Virus record (IMG/VR): IMGVR_UViG_3300037099_000532
Location: 1-54,447 of that record
DNA from: a virus
Taxonomy: Duplodnaviria > Caudoviricetes
Length of the DNA: 54,447 nt
Reading direction: 5' to 3' (one strand)
Positions within the stretch are counted from its first letter, which is position 1. Each line of letters opens with the position of its first letter. The position numbers were made by a program, and so were the translations under genes. Below the pieces are notes generated by a model, which made no database searches, had not been told where the DNA came from, and saw only the letters and a list, made by a program, of their open reading frames with translations. Positions 16,757-25,974 of the stretch are shown here, one piece after another.

Positions 16757-18762
16757 CAGTGAGCCCTGTTGTAGCGGCGCGGCGCGGCGTCAGTGTCCAT
16801 CCGGCCGACGTGCACCGCCAACGCGCCCTCGGCGCTCGCCTGAACGGTGGCGATCGCTTGCAGCAGCTTCTCGGTCGCGTCGACCTGGACCTTGACGTTG
16901 ACGTCGGCCTTCGAGTTCGGATCGAGCTGCACCTGCACCTTGCCGAACACCGCCTCTTCGGCCGCCCGCGTCGCCGCGGCGATATGGGCGTCGATCGAAC
17001 TGACGGTGTAGGCCGCGTCGGCGGCGTCCTGGGGACTCCTCACCGCAGCGCTGGCGGCGCGATGGCGGTCGAGATCGTATTGATAGTCCTCCTCGCCGCG
17101 CAGTTCGACCGAGCCGCGCCAGCGCGCGGTGCCCTGCGTCGCCTCGGCGCGCACGCGCTCGAGTTCGGCGCGCGCGGCGTCGCGGTCGGCGTAGGCGCGC
17201 TGCACCGCCGGGTCGTCGCCCGTTCCAAAAGCGATGTACCCGGTGTCGAGGCTGATTCTCCTGGTCAATTCATCGGCGCGCGACGTCCAGCCGATGACCT
17301 TGTTCTTGTAGTCTTCGTCGACCGTCTTGCGCACCGCGACGTCGGCGGCGCGGCCGAAGTCCGGCGTGTCGACGCCCCAAGCCAACCGGTTGAGATGGCT
17401 ATTGGCTCGGTCGGCCGCCAAGGAGGCGTCGCGTTGCTTTTGCGCTTGCGACTCGCCCAGCCACGTGTTCAAGCGCGCAATCGACTGGGCGGCGTCGGTC
17501 ATGGCGCTGGCAATTTGCAGCGCTTGGCCGAGCGTCCCGGTCAGCGCCTCGATCGACGCTTTCAGCCCTTGCCACGCCAGGCTCGGGTCTTCGCGCATCG
17601 CCCGGTCGGCGGCCGCCAGGCCCGGCGCGTTGCCGAGCAACGCCAGATCCTTGTCGATGCGCGACTGCTGCGTCGCCAGCAGCGAGACCATCTGGCCCGC
17701 CATCTGGTTTTGAAAGAGGGTCGAGACCTCTTTCATCACGTCGGCGCGGTCTTTGATCCCGAGCTTGTCGAGCGCCGGCACGAGATAGTCGCGCACCCAG
17801 GCGTTGGGATCTTCCTGCGCCTCGCGCCAGCCCTTGACGCTGTGGCCGGCGAGAATCTGCTTGTTGCCGCTCCTCAGGCTCTTGACGTCGCCCGCCCCGA
17901 GCAGCCCGAGGCGATAGAATTCGTCGACCGCCTTAGTCTTCAGCACGCCGCCGACGATCGCGGCGTTGAAGGCGCTGACCGCGCGGCCATAGGACGAGCC
18001 GCCGAGTTCCTGCGCCAGCGTCGGCGCGGTGCCGAGGATGAACTTCTCCGACAAGCCAGACGTCGCCTGGCGGCCGTACTTGAACATCTCGTAATACTGG
18101 TAGGGTTTCAGCGTGTCGCCGAAGACGTTGATGCCCTTGGCGATGCCTTCCATGTACTCGCGGAACTGCTTCGGGTTCTGCGTCACCCCTTTGATTTCGA
18201 GGCCCTTGATGAGCTGGTCGAAGTCCTCGCTGACGTCCTCGCCCGGTCGCGCCAGCTGCGCCAGCACGCGCAGCTTGGTCAGCGGCTCGGCGATCTCGGC
18301 GGCTTCCTTGTAATTGCCGACGATCGAGCGCGCGTTGCGCAGCATATGCAGCATTTCGGTCTGATCGACCGCGGGAAATTCTTGCGTCAGCTTGGCGGCG
18401 GCGGCCGTCGCCTCGGCGATCTCTTCCGGACGCATGCCGGCGACGGCCATGCGAACCATTTCGTGCTGCCGCGCGCCGACCGCCTTGACCGCCGCGTGCA
18501 CGGCGATCGCGCCGCCGCCGATCAAAGCGTAGTTCGCCGCCATGCTCGCGGCGGAGGCGACCGCGCCGAGGCCGAAACCGGCGTTGCGCGCCGCCTGCGC
18601 CGCCGACGAAGCGCTGGCGACCGCGCCGCCCGTCGCGCCGACGGCGCGCGAAACCCCGGCGACCGCCTTGCCCAAACGATTGACGCGCGCCTCGGCGGAG
18701 GCGAACGCCGGGCCCGACTCGTCGACGCCTTTGATGACAAGTCGCGATTCCAGAACGGTCAT
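16756..18762 (-). CDS. Tail tape measure protein
   Basis: 668 aa, Ala-rich helical, located after the tail chaperone. Confidence 0.85.
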   Translation of the reverse strand: MTVLESRLVIKGVDESGPAFASAEARVNRLGKAVAGVSRAVGATGGAVASASSAAQAARNAGFGLGAVASAASMAANYALIGGGAIAVHAAVKAVGARQHEMVRMAVAGMRPEEIAEATAAAAKLTQEFPAVDQTEMLHMLRNARSIVGNYKEAAEIAEPLTKLRVLAQLARPGEDVSEDFDQLIKGLEIKGVTQNPKQFREYMEGIAKGINVFGDTLKPYQYYEMFKYGRQATSGLSEKFILGTAPTLAQELGGSSYGRAVSAFNAAIVGGVLKTKAVDEFYRLGLLGAGDVKSLRSGNKQILAGHSVKGWREAQEDPNAWVRDYLVPALDKLGIKDRADVMKEVSTLFQNQMAGQMVSLLATQQSRIDKDLALLGNAPGLAAADRAMREDPSLAWQGLKASIEALTGTLGQALQIASAMTDAAQSIARLNTWLGESQAQKQRDASLAADRANSHLNRLAWGVDTPDFGRAADVAVRKTVDEDYKNKVIGWTSRADELTRRISLDTGYIAFGTGDDPAVQRAYADRDAARAELERVRAEATQGTARWRGSVELRGEEDYQYDLDRHRAASAAVRSPQDAADAAYTVSSIDAHIAAATRAAEEAVFGKVQVQLDPNSKADVNVKVQVDATEKLLQAIATVQASAEGALAVHVGRMDTDAAPRRYNRAH

Positions 18763-18929
18763 GATGTGCGCTTCCTACGCCGCTCGGCCCAAGCCATCGC
18801 CCGCTCGAATTGGCGCTCGAGTTCGTCGAAGGTCCAAGCGTCGACGACGTCGAGGCTGGCGACCTTCAGGTCGAAGACGAGGAAGTCTGCTTTCTCTTGA
18901 AGAGCGCTTCCCGAGCGTCCGAAAAAAAA
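18759..18929 (-). CDS. -1 frameshift extension of the tail assembly chaperone (GT/E'-like)
   Basis: T8 run (A8 at 18922-18929); -1 frame gives GRSGSALQEKADFLVFDLK..WTFDELERQFERAMAW.., with TGA overlapping the TMP ATG. Confidence 0.8.
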   Translation of the reverse strand, partial: FFFGRSGSALQEKADFLVFDLKVASLDVVDAWTFDELERQFERAMAWAERRRKRTS

Positions 18930-19228
18930 TCGAACAGCGCGTCGCGCAGTGCGATCCCGTCTTCAAGATTGACCTTGGTCAGCAGCCCCGCAGCGCCGCC
19001 GTCAACCGGGTTGGTGCCGTCGATCGACAGCAGTTCGTCGAAATAGACCGGGATCACGTCGTCCCGATCGACGAAGTAGCGCGCCCCGGTCTGCGGATGC
19101 GCCACCAGCATGCGCGGTTCGCCGAGCCGCGTCAGGTGGCCCGCTCCCGGCGCGCGCAGAAACAGCGCGGTGACGCGCTGACCAAACCACTCGACCGGCT
19201 CGGTGAGCGGGATGCGCTGACTCGCCAT
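18866..19228 (-). CDS. Tail assembly chaperone (gpE/Mu gp41-like)
   Basis: IPLTEPV..LRAP, ends DFF at the slippery site; GAGGAG SD. Confidence 0.8.
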   Translation of the reverse strand: MASQRIPLTEPVEWFGQRVTALFLRAPGAGHLTRLGEPRMLVAHPQTGARYFVDRDDVIPVYFDELLSIDGTNPVDGGAAGLLTKVNLEDGIALRDALFDFFSDAREALFKRKQTSSSST

Positions 19229-19262
19229 CTGAAAACTCCTCGTTCCCCGCCCGCGCCCGGCT

Positions 19263-19291
19263 TTGCAAACGGCCACACGCGGTGGTAAAAT
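19263..19291 (+). promoter_or_regulatory. Sigma70-type promoter for an antisense moron
   Basis: TTGCAA-17 bp-TAAAAT with extended TG. Confidence 0.7.
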
Positions 19292-19322
19292 TACCGTGCC
19301 TGATTGGGAAAAGGCGCGATCA

Positions 19323-19493
19323 ATGACGCTTCGTCCATGCCGTCAATGCGGGGAGCCGCTCGCGACTTCGGCCCGCGCATGTCCTCATTGCGGCGCGCGG
19401 TGCCAGCGCTTGCCGACCAGCGCTGCGGCTTTCGCCATCCTGATCGCGATCATCGCCATTTACGTCCTCGCGCCGCGCGGCGCGGCGCCCTGA
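19323..19493 (+). CDS. Double zinc-ribbon + C-terminal TM small protein (moron)
   Basis: CRQC..CPHCG then AAAFAILIAIIAIYVL; alternative GTG start at 19296. Confidence 0.7.
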   Translation: MTLRPCRQCGEPLATSARACPHCGARCQRLPTSAAAFAILIAIIAIYVLAPRGAAP

Positions 19494-19509
19494 GCGGGTC
19501 GCGACGCCC

Positions 19510-19902
19510 TTACGTGTTCGTCTGCTGATAGCCGCCGACCGCGCATTGCCCGGTGATGTCGGAGACGAGCCCCTTGAGCCGGTCGATCTTCGGACGTCCG
19601 AGGAATTTGGAGCCGGTGAAGGTGTGCAGGATGCCGTTCGAATCCTCGATCAGCGAGCAATTGTACGGGCCGCCCTTCATGATCGAATCCCACGGCAGCG
19701 ACGTCGCCTTGACCCCGTCGACCGAGTCGACGAATTCGAGGTCGAACTTCGGCCCCATCGGCTGGTAGTAACGATCGAACGAACCGTCCTGGTTGTCCTC
19801 GGCGTCGAACTTGCCGTTGGTCGGCTCGATCGTGACGCGCGCGCGGATCTTCATCGGCGTCGCGTCGAAGGTGAAGCGCATGATTCCGCCGAAATCGGCC
19901 AT
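19510..19902 (-). CDS. Tail tube protein
   Basis: 130 aa, beta-rich, directly after the sheath. Confidence 0.8.
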   Translation of the reverse strand: MADFGGIMRFTFDATPMKIRARVTIEPTNGKFDAEDNQDGSFDRYYQPMGPKFDLEFVDSVDGVKATSLPWDSIMKGGPYNCSLIEDSNGILHTFTGSKFLGRPKIDRLKGLVSDITGQCAVGGYQQTNT

Positions 19903-19926
19903 GGGAGAGCTCCTGTGTGGGAAGGG

Positions 19927-20008
19927 GGCGAATGGCGAGCGGCGAATAGCGACGGAAGTTCGCCGCTGCGCCCCTGCCCCACTCGCTATTCGCTATGCGC
20001 CATTCGCC
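19927..20008. repeat. Heptamer inverted-repeat element 2
   Basis: GGCGAATGGCGAGCGGCGAATAGCGA...ACTCGCTATTCGCTATGCGCCATTCGCC. Confidence 0.75.
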
Positions 20009-20025
20009 GGCCGCGCGGCGGCCGC

Positions 20026-21561
20026 CTACGCCGCTTGCGGGAACTTCTGATAGACCACCGCATTGGCGGCGAGGACGTCGAGCGGGTTGACGCGCTCGAG
20101 CGGACAGAAGGCGTCAACGCGGCGTTTATTGTCAGCATTCTGCTTGACGCTGAGCAGTTTGGCGTAGGTTTCCTTGTCGGCGTACACGCCCCGGTCGCAC
20201 AGCTGCGAATAGAGCGAGATGAAGCCGCCCTTGATGTCGGCCGGCGTCACGATCGCGCCGAGATTGCCGGGGTTGGAGGGCGCGATCGCCTTCTGGCCGA
20301 ATTGCGTGGCGAGGCCGGCGCGGATGAAGCTCAGGCCGCCCGAAACCTGATACACGGCCTGGATGTCTTGGAACACCGCGTCGGGCTGCCCGGACGAGCC
20401 GGTGCGATAGGTGGTGACGATCTTGTCGACTTGCACCGAGCCGTCGGCGCCGACCTTCCACGTCGAGATCCCCGACGAGACCAGGGTGTTGCGACCGGAG
20501 TAGTTCGGCCACACCGAGCGGTCGCGCGGCGGTTTGAGGCCTTGCACGACCAGCCCGGTCTGGTTGCGCGACACGTTGCCGGTGGTGCAATCCATCAGCC
20601 ACGGCGAGACGCGGGCGGCGAAGCCGGCGGCCCACAGATAGGAGCTGTGAGGCGTGCCGGCGGCGCCGGGCGCGATGCAGCCGATGACCGTCGTATGGCG
20701 ATCGTTCAGCGTCAGGCCGAGCGTCGTCAGCGCCGAGAACGCGCCGACGTCGGCGCACCAGACATGGCCGTAGGCCTGGCGGCTCCACGCCCAACGGCCC
20801 GAAACGTCCGAGCCCCAGGCCGTATACGAGCCGAGCGAAGTCGTGTCCGACCACGGGCAGACGACGAAATCGGCCGGATCGTCGCCGAGCGCGGCGAGCG
20901 CCGCCGCGACGCCGGTCGGCGTGCCGGCGCCGGGCGTCGTCTGGGTCAGCGTCCACACGCCGGTCGCAGCGAAGATGTTGCCCTGGATCAGCGGGTCGAC
21001 ATAGACGTCGGTCTCGTTGAAGATCGCGCCCTTGTTGCGCGCCGTGATGGTGACGACCGCCAGCGCCGACGTCGCCGTGACCGGCAGCATCGCCCCGGTC
21101 AACGGATTCCAGTAGGCGTTGATCGCGGCGGCGACCGCGGCGGCGACCGTGGTCGGCGTGTCGGTTGCGCTGATCCCGATCTGGATCTTCTCGCCGCAGA
21201 GTTCGAATACGCCGACGCCGGCGCCGCTCGGCAGCGCGCCGATCGTCAGCGACCATACGGCGGCGGTCAGAGAGGCGTCGTCGATCGCCATGATCCAGAA
21301 CGGCGTCGCCGGCGCGTTCTGCGCCGCGATGCGATACATCTCGCGCAGGTGCGAGCCCGCCCCGGCATAGGCGTCGACCTGGTTCTGGCTGGCGACCGGA
21401 ATCGCCTGATTGAGCGCCATCGACCCGGCCGCCGTCTTGTGGCCGATGATGATGAAGCGGTCGATCGCCTCATACTGGCCGCCGGAATTGACCTCGAAGG
21501 TGAAGATCGGCCCGACCAGGTTGGAGGGGATGTTGTTGAACGAGATGGGCGAGTCGGACAT
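20026..21561 (-). CDS. Tail sheath protein (Mu gpL-like)
   Basis: ISFNNIPSN..P, AGAGSHL, RWAWSRQAYGH, GISTW..VTTY. Confidence 0.92.
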   Translation of the reverse strand: MSDSPISFNNIPSNLVGPIFTFEVNSGGQYEAIDRFIIIGHKTAAGSMALNQAIPVASQNQVDAYAGAGSHLREMYRIAAQNAPATPFWIMAIDDASLTAAVWSLTIGALPSGAGVGVFELCGEKIQIGISATDTPTTVAAAVAAAINAYWNPLTGAMLPVTATSALAVVTITARNKGAIFNETDVYVDPLIQGNIFAATGVWTLTQTTPGAGTPTGVAAALAALGDDPADFVVCPWSDTTSLGSYTAWGSDVSGRWAWSRQAYGHVWCADVGAFSALTTLGLTLNDRHTTVIGCIAPGAAGTPHSSYLWAAGFAARVSPWLMDCTTGNVSRNQTGLVVQGLKPPRDRSVWPNYSGRNTLVSSGISTWKVGADGSVQVDKIVTTYRTGSSGQPDAVFQDIQAVYQVSGGLSFIRAGLATQFGQKAIAPSNPGNLGAIVTPADIKGGFISLYSQLCDRGVYADKETYAKLLSVKQNADNKRRVDAFCPLERVNPLDVLAANAVVYQKFPQAA

Positions 21562-21583
21562 GGCGGGGACTCCGGAGTGGAGA

Positions 21584-21640
21584 GGCGAATGGCGAGTGGC
21601 GAATGGCGAGCGGGAGCGGCGCTACTCGCTATTCGCCATT
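21584..21640. repeat. Heptamer inverted-repeat element 3 (supplies the MANSE-stop C-terminus of the upstream gene)
   Basis: GGCGAATGGCGAGTGGCGAATGGCGAG...CTACTCGCTATTCGCCATT. Confidence 0.75.
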
Positions 21641-21849
21641 GGCGCGGCGGTCTTCGCCGACGCAATTTCCTTTGGCGCTTGAACGATCGACCCGCCCGCG
21701 ATCAGCATGACGTTGTGGCCGTTCCACAGATCGACCAGTTCATGGCCGGGATCTTCGGTATTGGCGCCGAACAGACGTCCGCTCCACGGCAGCTTGTGCG
21801 TCGGGTCGGCCAGGCGGCAGCGGACGTAGCGGGCGGGATTGAGGGGCAT
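21622..21849 (-). CDS. Small pre-sheath protein (Mu gp38/DUF2635-like position)
   Basis: AGGAG SD, MPLNPARYVRCRLADP..., 75 aa before the sheath. Confidence 0.65.
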   Translation of the reverse strand: MPLNPARYVRCRLADPTHKLPWSGRLFGANTEDPGHELVDLWNGHNVMLIAGGSIVQAPKEIASAKTAAPMANSE

Positions 21850-21865
21850 GGGAGTCTCCTGAGAG

Positions 21866-21940
21866 GGCGAATGGCGGGTGGTGAATGGCGAGTGGCGAAT
21901 GGCGGCCGGAAGGCGCAGCGATTCGCCACTCGCCGCTTCG
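21866..21940. repeat. Heptamer inverted-repeat element 4
   Basis: About five GGCGAAT-like units then ATTCGCCACTCGCC. Confidence 0.7.
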
Positions 21941-21956
21941 CGGGCGGCGAAGCCGC

Positions 21957-22793
21957 CTACCCCGCCAGCCCCGCGTCGCCGACGACGTCGGAATCCGAGC
22001 CGTCGGCTTGCGTCGGCGCGACACCGCGATCGACGGTCGAAAGAATGCGGATGTCGGTCAGCGGCGTCAGCGGCGCTGGCTGGGCGATCATCGTCGCGAT
22101 TTGCGCGCACAGCAGGCCGCCAGACGACGCTGGATCGAGCGCCTGCGCGACGCCCTGCAACGGCTGCGGCAGCAGCGCCAGACCGCTCGCCGGCGGGATC
22201 GAAGGTTGCAACGGCCACGCCGTTTCCGGAACGCGCAGCCGGAACTTGACCGTCCGCGCCGCGATGCGCGCCGCTTGGCCGGCGTCGCGCTGCGGCACGG
22301 AATGGACGTGGTGCAGTTCGCGCGCCACCCGGCGATAGATGTCGGCGGTCGGCGCGTAATTCGTCGGATCGAGGACGTAGCGCACCTGCGCCTCGAGCAC
22401 GTCGAGGATCGCCTCGTGCTGGCGGTCGCTCAGCGGCGCGGCCAGCGTGCCGACCGTCGCCGTCGTCCCGTCCGGCTGTTCGACGTTGAGCGAGCCGGTC
22501 GCGGCGATCATCAGCTCGACGACCAGTTCGGCGATTTCCTTGTCGGCCGGATATTCGCCCTCGACCGGCGACGTCTCCTGCTCCTCGGTGTAGAGGATGA
22601 CCAGCGGCTGGTTTTCGATTTGCTTGAGAAAGGCGTTCCAATCGTCTTCGGCGGCGACGGGATCGACCCGCGAGTCGAACACATTGGCGCCGGCCAACGT
22701 CGGCCACGGCCCTTGCGGCGTCGCGCTCACCGCGGCGAAAGGACACAGCGCTTCATAGGCGGCGAGGCGCAGCGCGAGGCGGGAAAGGGACAT
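21957..22793 (-). CDS. Tail terminator/neck protein candidate
   Basis: PTLAGANVFDSR..P..ILYTEE; AAGGAG SD; position. Confidence 0.7.
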   Translation of the reverse strand: MSLSRLALRLAAYEALCPFAAVSATPQGPWPTLAGANVFDSRVDPVAAEDDWNAFLKQIENQPLVILYTEEQETSPVEGEYPADKEIAELVVELMIAATGSLNVEQPDGTTATVGTLAAPLSDRQHEAILDVLEAQVRYVLDPTNYAPTADIYRRVARELHHVHSVPQRDAGQAARIAARTVKFRLRVPETAWPLQPSIPPASGLALLPQPLQGVAQALDPASSGGLLCAQIATMIAQPAPLTPLTDIRILSTVDRGVAPTQADGSDSDVVGDAGLAG

Positions 22794-22817
22794 GGACGCT
22801 CCTTCGGAGCGGTGAAA

Positions 22818-22868
22818 GGTGAGTGGCGAATGGCGAACAGGGAAGACCTCTTCCACTCGCTATTCGCC
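22818..22868. repeat. Heptamer inverted-repeat element 5
   Basis: GAGTGGCGAATGGCGAA..GGAAGA-CC-TCTTCC-ACTCGCTATTCGCC. Confidence 0.7.
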
Positions 22869-22883
22869 GGCCGCTGCGCGGCC

Positions 22884-23303
22884 CTACCCGATCTTGTTGA
22901 CCTTCAGCCGCACCAGACCGTTCGCCGTTACGAACAGCGATGCGACGCGAAACCATGCGCCGTCTTTGACCCGCTGCAGATGGTCGGCTTCGCCGATGAC
23001 GAACGGCATTTGCAGCTCTTCGCTCAGGCGCGCTGTTTCCGCCGGCGAGATCTCGATATGCGGATGCCCGGATTCCACGCCTGGCCTACGCACCTGTCGC
23101 ACGTCGTAGGAATTCGGCTCGATCGGCTTCGCTTCGGGGTCGACATAGACGGCGCACAGGGTGACGCGAGAGCGGCTCGGGTCGGCGACGTCCGGCGCCG
23201 CCCGCTCCTTCGCAGGCATGAACGGCGCAAAGACGAACGCGCCCGCAAACGCCTTGTCGACAGCGCGAAAAGCGGTGTGCGCCGCGACGTCGAACCGCGC
23301 CAT
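22884..23303 (-). CDS. Head-tail joining protein (FII-like)
   Basis: Position after capsid/FI; beta-rich, 139 aa. Confidence 0.6.
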   Translation of the reverse strand: MARFDVAAHTAFRAVDKAFAGAFVFAPFMPAKERAAPDVADPSRSRVTLCAVYVDPEAKPIEPNSYDVRQVRRPGVESGHPHIEISPAETARLSEELQMPFVIGEADHLQRVKDGAWFRVASLFVTANGLVRLKVNKIG

Positions 23304-23306
23304 CGC

Positions 23307-23645
23307 TCAGGCCGACTTCTTCTCGAAAGCGGCTTTCTCGGCGGCGAGCCGCTCGCGCAACGCGCGGACGGCGTTCTTACGCTCGTATTCGGCGAGCTGC
23401 AGATCCTCGTCAATCGGCGGCGAAACCTGGGCCGCCTGCCCCGGCGCAAGCAGACGCTCTTTCAAAGTGACTCGGCGCGCCTTGGCGTGAGCCTCACCAG
23501 CCAGTGTGACACCTGGCTGCTTGAGCAGACGCGCGGCGAGCTTGTCGTCGTCGAGCATCAACACCTCGCCGGCGTCGACCGCCGCCGCCTTGCCGGGCCC
23601 AAGACCGATCGTTCGGCCATGGGCGAAAAAAAGTTCCTTCGACAT
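23307..23645 (-). CDS. Post-capsid protein (FI/packaging-chaperone-like)
   Basis: Position directly after the major capsid gene. Confidence 0.55.
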   Translation of the reverse strand: MSKELFFAHGRTIGLGPGKAAAVDAGEVLMLDDDKLAARLLKQPGVTLAGEAHAKARRVTLKERLLAPGQAAQVSPPIDEDLQLAEYERKNAVRALRERLAAEKAAFEKKSA

Positions 23646-23725
23646 CGCTTATCTCATGTTTGCGGCCAGCGCCCCAAGGCGCCGGCGCAGGTTGCGTCAG
23701 GGCTCGCTGCGTCAGGACTCGGCGA

Positions 23726-24799
23726 TTACTCGCCGAGCACGTTGACCGACAACGACGCCTCGGGCCAGCCGACGACCGGCAGCGGCGCCGATTCCGTCAT
23801 CAGATAGGTGACGCTCGGGTCCTTCTCGCGCCACATCTTGGGGAAGCGCGGCAATGGCCGGAAGCCGGCCTCGGCGTCGCGGATCGCGCCATAGGTGCGC
23901 GTGCCCTGCACGCCGTTCGGAGAACCCATCAGCACCGTTCCGGGCGGCAGCATCTGCTGCACCACGCCGGTCGGATCGACGTAGAGCTGCTGGTAGACGA
24001 ACACCTCAAACTCGCCGATCCGGCCGAGATACTTGACCTCCTCGCCGTTGGCGCCCGCCAGAACGCCGGCGAGCTGGATATTGCCGATGCGGAATTCGCC
24101 GTTGATCGGGAAGTTGATCCCCTTGAGGATCTCCTTGACCTCCGGGTCCTTGACGAACAGTTCCTGCGCCGCCGGATCCATGATCACGATGTTGGCGTTG
24201 AAACCAGAGTCGGCCATCGTCAGCGTATTCCAGGCCCGCAGGTTGGACAGCGGCGACACACCGCTCTGACCCCAACAATTAGCGCCGGTGAGCTGGATGG
24301 TGTGGGTCGCCGGGCGGCCGAAGTCGACCAGCATCGGCGGAAAATCCTCGCCTTCGACGGTGACGGCGCCGCTGACGAGAATCTGCGCCGCCATCCATTC
24401 CTCGCGGCGGCGGATCTCCAGATCTTCCGTCGCCAGCAACTCGGCGATGACGCGGTTGTAGCGCTCTTCCGGCGACAGCGCGCCCAGCAGTCGCTCGCCC
24501 GGCATGCGCTTGAGCGGCCGATGCGGATCGACGACGTATTTCGGCTTCACATACGCCGGTTCGAAGTCCTTGGTGGTGAAGCCTTGCTGACGCAGCGGCT
24601 TGCCGGCGACCAGCGGCGAGACAAATGGCGCCAACCGGCGGGCGCGATCGACCTTGTCGAACGCCACCTTTTCGGTTTCGAACACCTGCTCCGACGGAAA
24701 GAACATGTTGAGCAGGAAGGGGTTGACGGTTTCGACGACGCCATAAGCGCCGAGCAGAAATTCGGTTCCATAGACCGGGAGGGTCACGGCTGTCTCCAT
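23726..24799 (-). CDS. Major capsid protein, lambda gpE family
   Basis: LAPFVSP, FEPAYVKPK, RRREEWMAAQ, YGAI, LMTESAPLP. Confidence 0.95.
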   Translation of the reverse strand: METAVTLPVYGTEFLLGAYGVVETVNPFLLNMFFPSEQVFETEKVAFDKVDRARRLAPFVSPLVAGKPLRQQGFTTKDFEPAYVKPKYVVDPHRPLKRMPGERLLGALSPEERYNRVIAELLATEDLEIRRREEWMAAQILVSGAVTVEGEDFPPMLVDFGRPATHTIQLTGANCWGQSGVSPLSNLRAWNTLTMADSGFNANIVIMDPAAQELFVKDPEVKEILKGINFPINGEFRIGNIQLAGVLAGANGEEVKYLGRIGEFEVFVYQQLYVDPTGVVQQMLPPGTVLMGSPNGVQGTRTYGAIRDAEAGFRPLPRFPKMWREKDPSVTYLMTESAPLPVVGWPEASLSVNVLGE

Positions 24800-24847
24800 T
24801 GTCGCTCGCCCTTGCGCGCCGAGGCGGCCGAAGGGAAATTGAGGGTT

Positions 24848-24872
24848 CCCCCCTCCCCTTGCGGGAGGGGGG
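24848..24872. repeat. REP-like hairpin (CCCCTCCCCTTGCGGGAGGGG) between the decoration and capsid genes
   Basis: CCCCCTCCC/GGGAGGGGG stem; resembles PLAGEG-type alphaproteobacterial repeats. Confidence 0.5.
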
Positions 24873-24905
24873 TCGTGGGTGAGAAAGAGCCTTTGCTCTG
24901 CGCGA

Positions 24906-25847
24906 TTACGCGGCCGCCCCGACGCTGCGGACGAACAAGCTGCGACCGCTGGCGGCGAAGGCCTGCGACAGCGTCTCCATGGTCCAGCTCGGATCGACGG
25001 TCATCTTTTCGAAGGCGAATTCGCCGGTGAAATAGGCGTCGGCGGTCACCGGGCCGGCTGAGGTGTCGACCCATTCGGCGAGCACGCAATCGGGCGTCTG
25101 CGAGCCGTCGGTCGCGCTGCGCACGCTCGGGACGTGCAGATTGAGTGCCGACACCGTGACGGCGAACGAGTCGCCCTGGGCGAACGCCGTCGCGCCGGCC
25201 GCGACGGTGAAGCCGATCTGGTTGGCGAACGCCGTCCCGACCACGCCTTCGCCGACCGGATCGCCGAACGGATCGCTGACCATGAACTGCGTCGCCGAGA
25301 CGAACGCGAGCTTGTAGACGCCGGCCTGCGCGTAGGCTAGCGCCGCCGGCGAAGCGAGCGCCAGCGTCCCGTTGCCGACGTTCGATCCCCCAGCCGCCGC
25401 CGCGACGCTGAACGCGTTCGCCTGCGCCTGCGCCACTGTCACGTCGAACTCGTCGCCAGCGACGAAGGCCGTTGCGCCCGCTGTGGTGGTGAACTTGATC
25501 TGGGTCGCAAACGCGGCGCCATTGGCGCCGACGCCGATCTCGTCGCCCTTCGGGTCGTAGACCTGGAATGCAGTCGCCGACGAGAAAACGACGCGGTAGA
25601 CGCCGGCGATGACGTTGGCCAGCGTCGCCGGCGAACCGAGCGCCAGCGTCCCATTGCCGGTGTTGCCCGCTTTCGCCGCGCCGGCGGCCGAGAACGCGCC
25701 GGCGTTGGTCTGCGCGCCGAGCAGCACGCCCGGTTCGAGCGGCGAGCCCGCTGCATTGAGTCCGGCGGGAAGGTTGATCTTGCGGTGCGCTAAAGGAAAG
25801 TCGCCGGCGATAAGCGACGTGGGATCGAAATGCGGATAGACGGCCAT
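24906..25847 (-). CDS. Head decoration protein (lambda gpD-like) with a duplicated inserted domain
   Basis: PGVLLG..ATDGSQTPDCVLA..YFTGEF core; two GNGT..AGVY..F.V.DP.G..QI.FT..GATAF..GD.F.VTV repeats. Confidence 0.85.
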   Translation of the reverse strand: MAVYPHFDPTSLIAGDFPLAHRKINLPAGLNAAGSPLEPGVLLGAQTNAGAFSAAGAAKAGNTGNGTLALGSPATLANVIAGVYRVVFSSATAFQVYDPKGDEIGVGANGAAFATQIKFTTTAGATAFVAGDEFDVTVAQAQANAFSVAAAAGGSNVGNGTLALASPAALAYAQAGVYKLAFVSATQFMVSDPFGDPVGEGVVGTAFANQIGFTVAAGATAFAQGDSFAVTVSALNLHVPSVRSATDGSQTPDCVLAEWVDTSAGPVTADAYFTGEFAFEKMTVDPSWTMETLSQAFAASGRSLFVRSVGAAA

Positions 25848-25974
25848 GCTAGGCCTCCTTCGGCCGCCGCGCCGGCGGCCCTGGCTTGAGGACGAGGGTT
25901 GAATAGCCCGCGGTCGTTAGCGACCTCGAGCAACGGATGCGATTGCGACGCGACCGCGCTGTTTCGCGCGCGGC

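Noticed and set aside
9187-21561. Mu-type transposable phage, or tailocin/GTA
   Set aside because: Only the tail is Mu-like; the element has a cos/GpA head, replication and immunity modules and a tyrosine integrase, with no MuA/MuB
11020-22868. CRISPR array
   Set aside because: Repeats are dispersed inverted heptamer arrays without a regular repeat-spacer period; no cas genes
25862-25960. Structured ncRNA between the protease and decoration genes
   Set aside because: GC-rich stems are present but expected by chance at this GC content; no recognisable family motif
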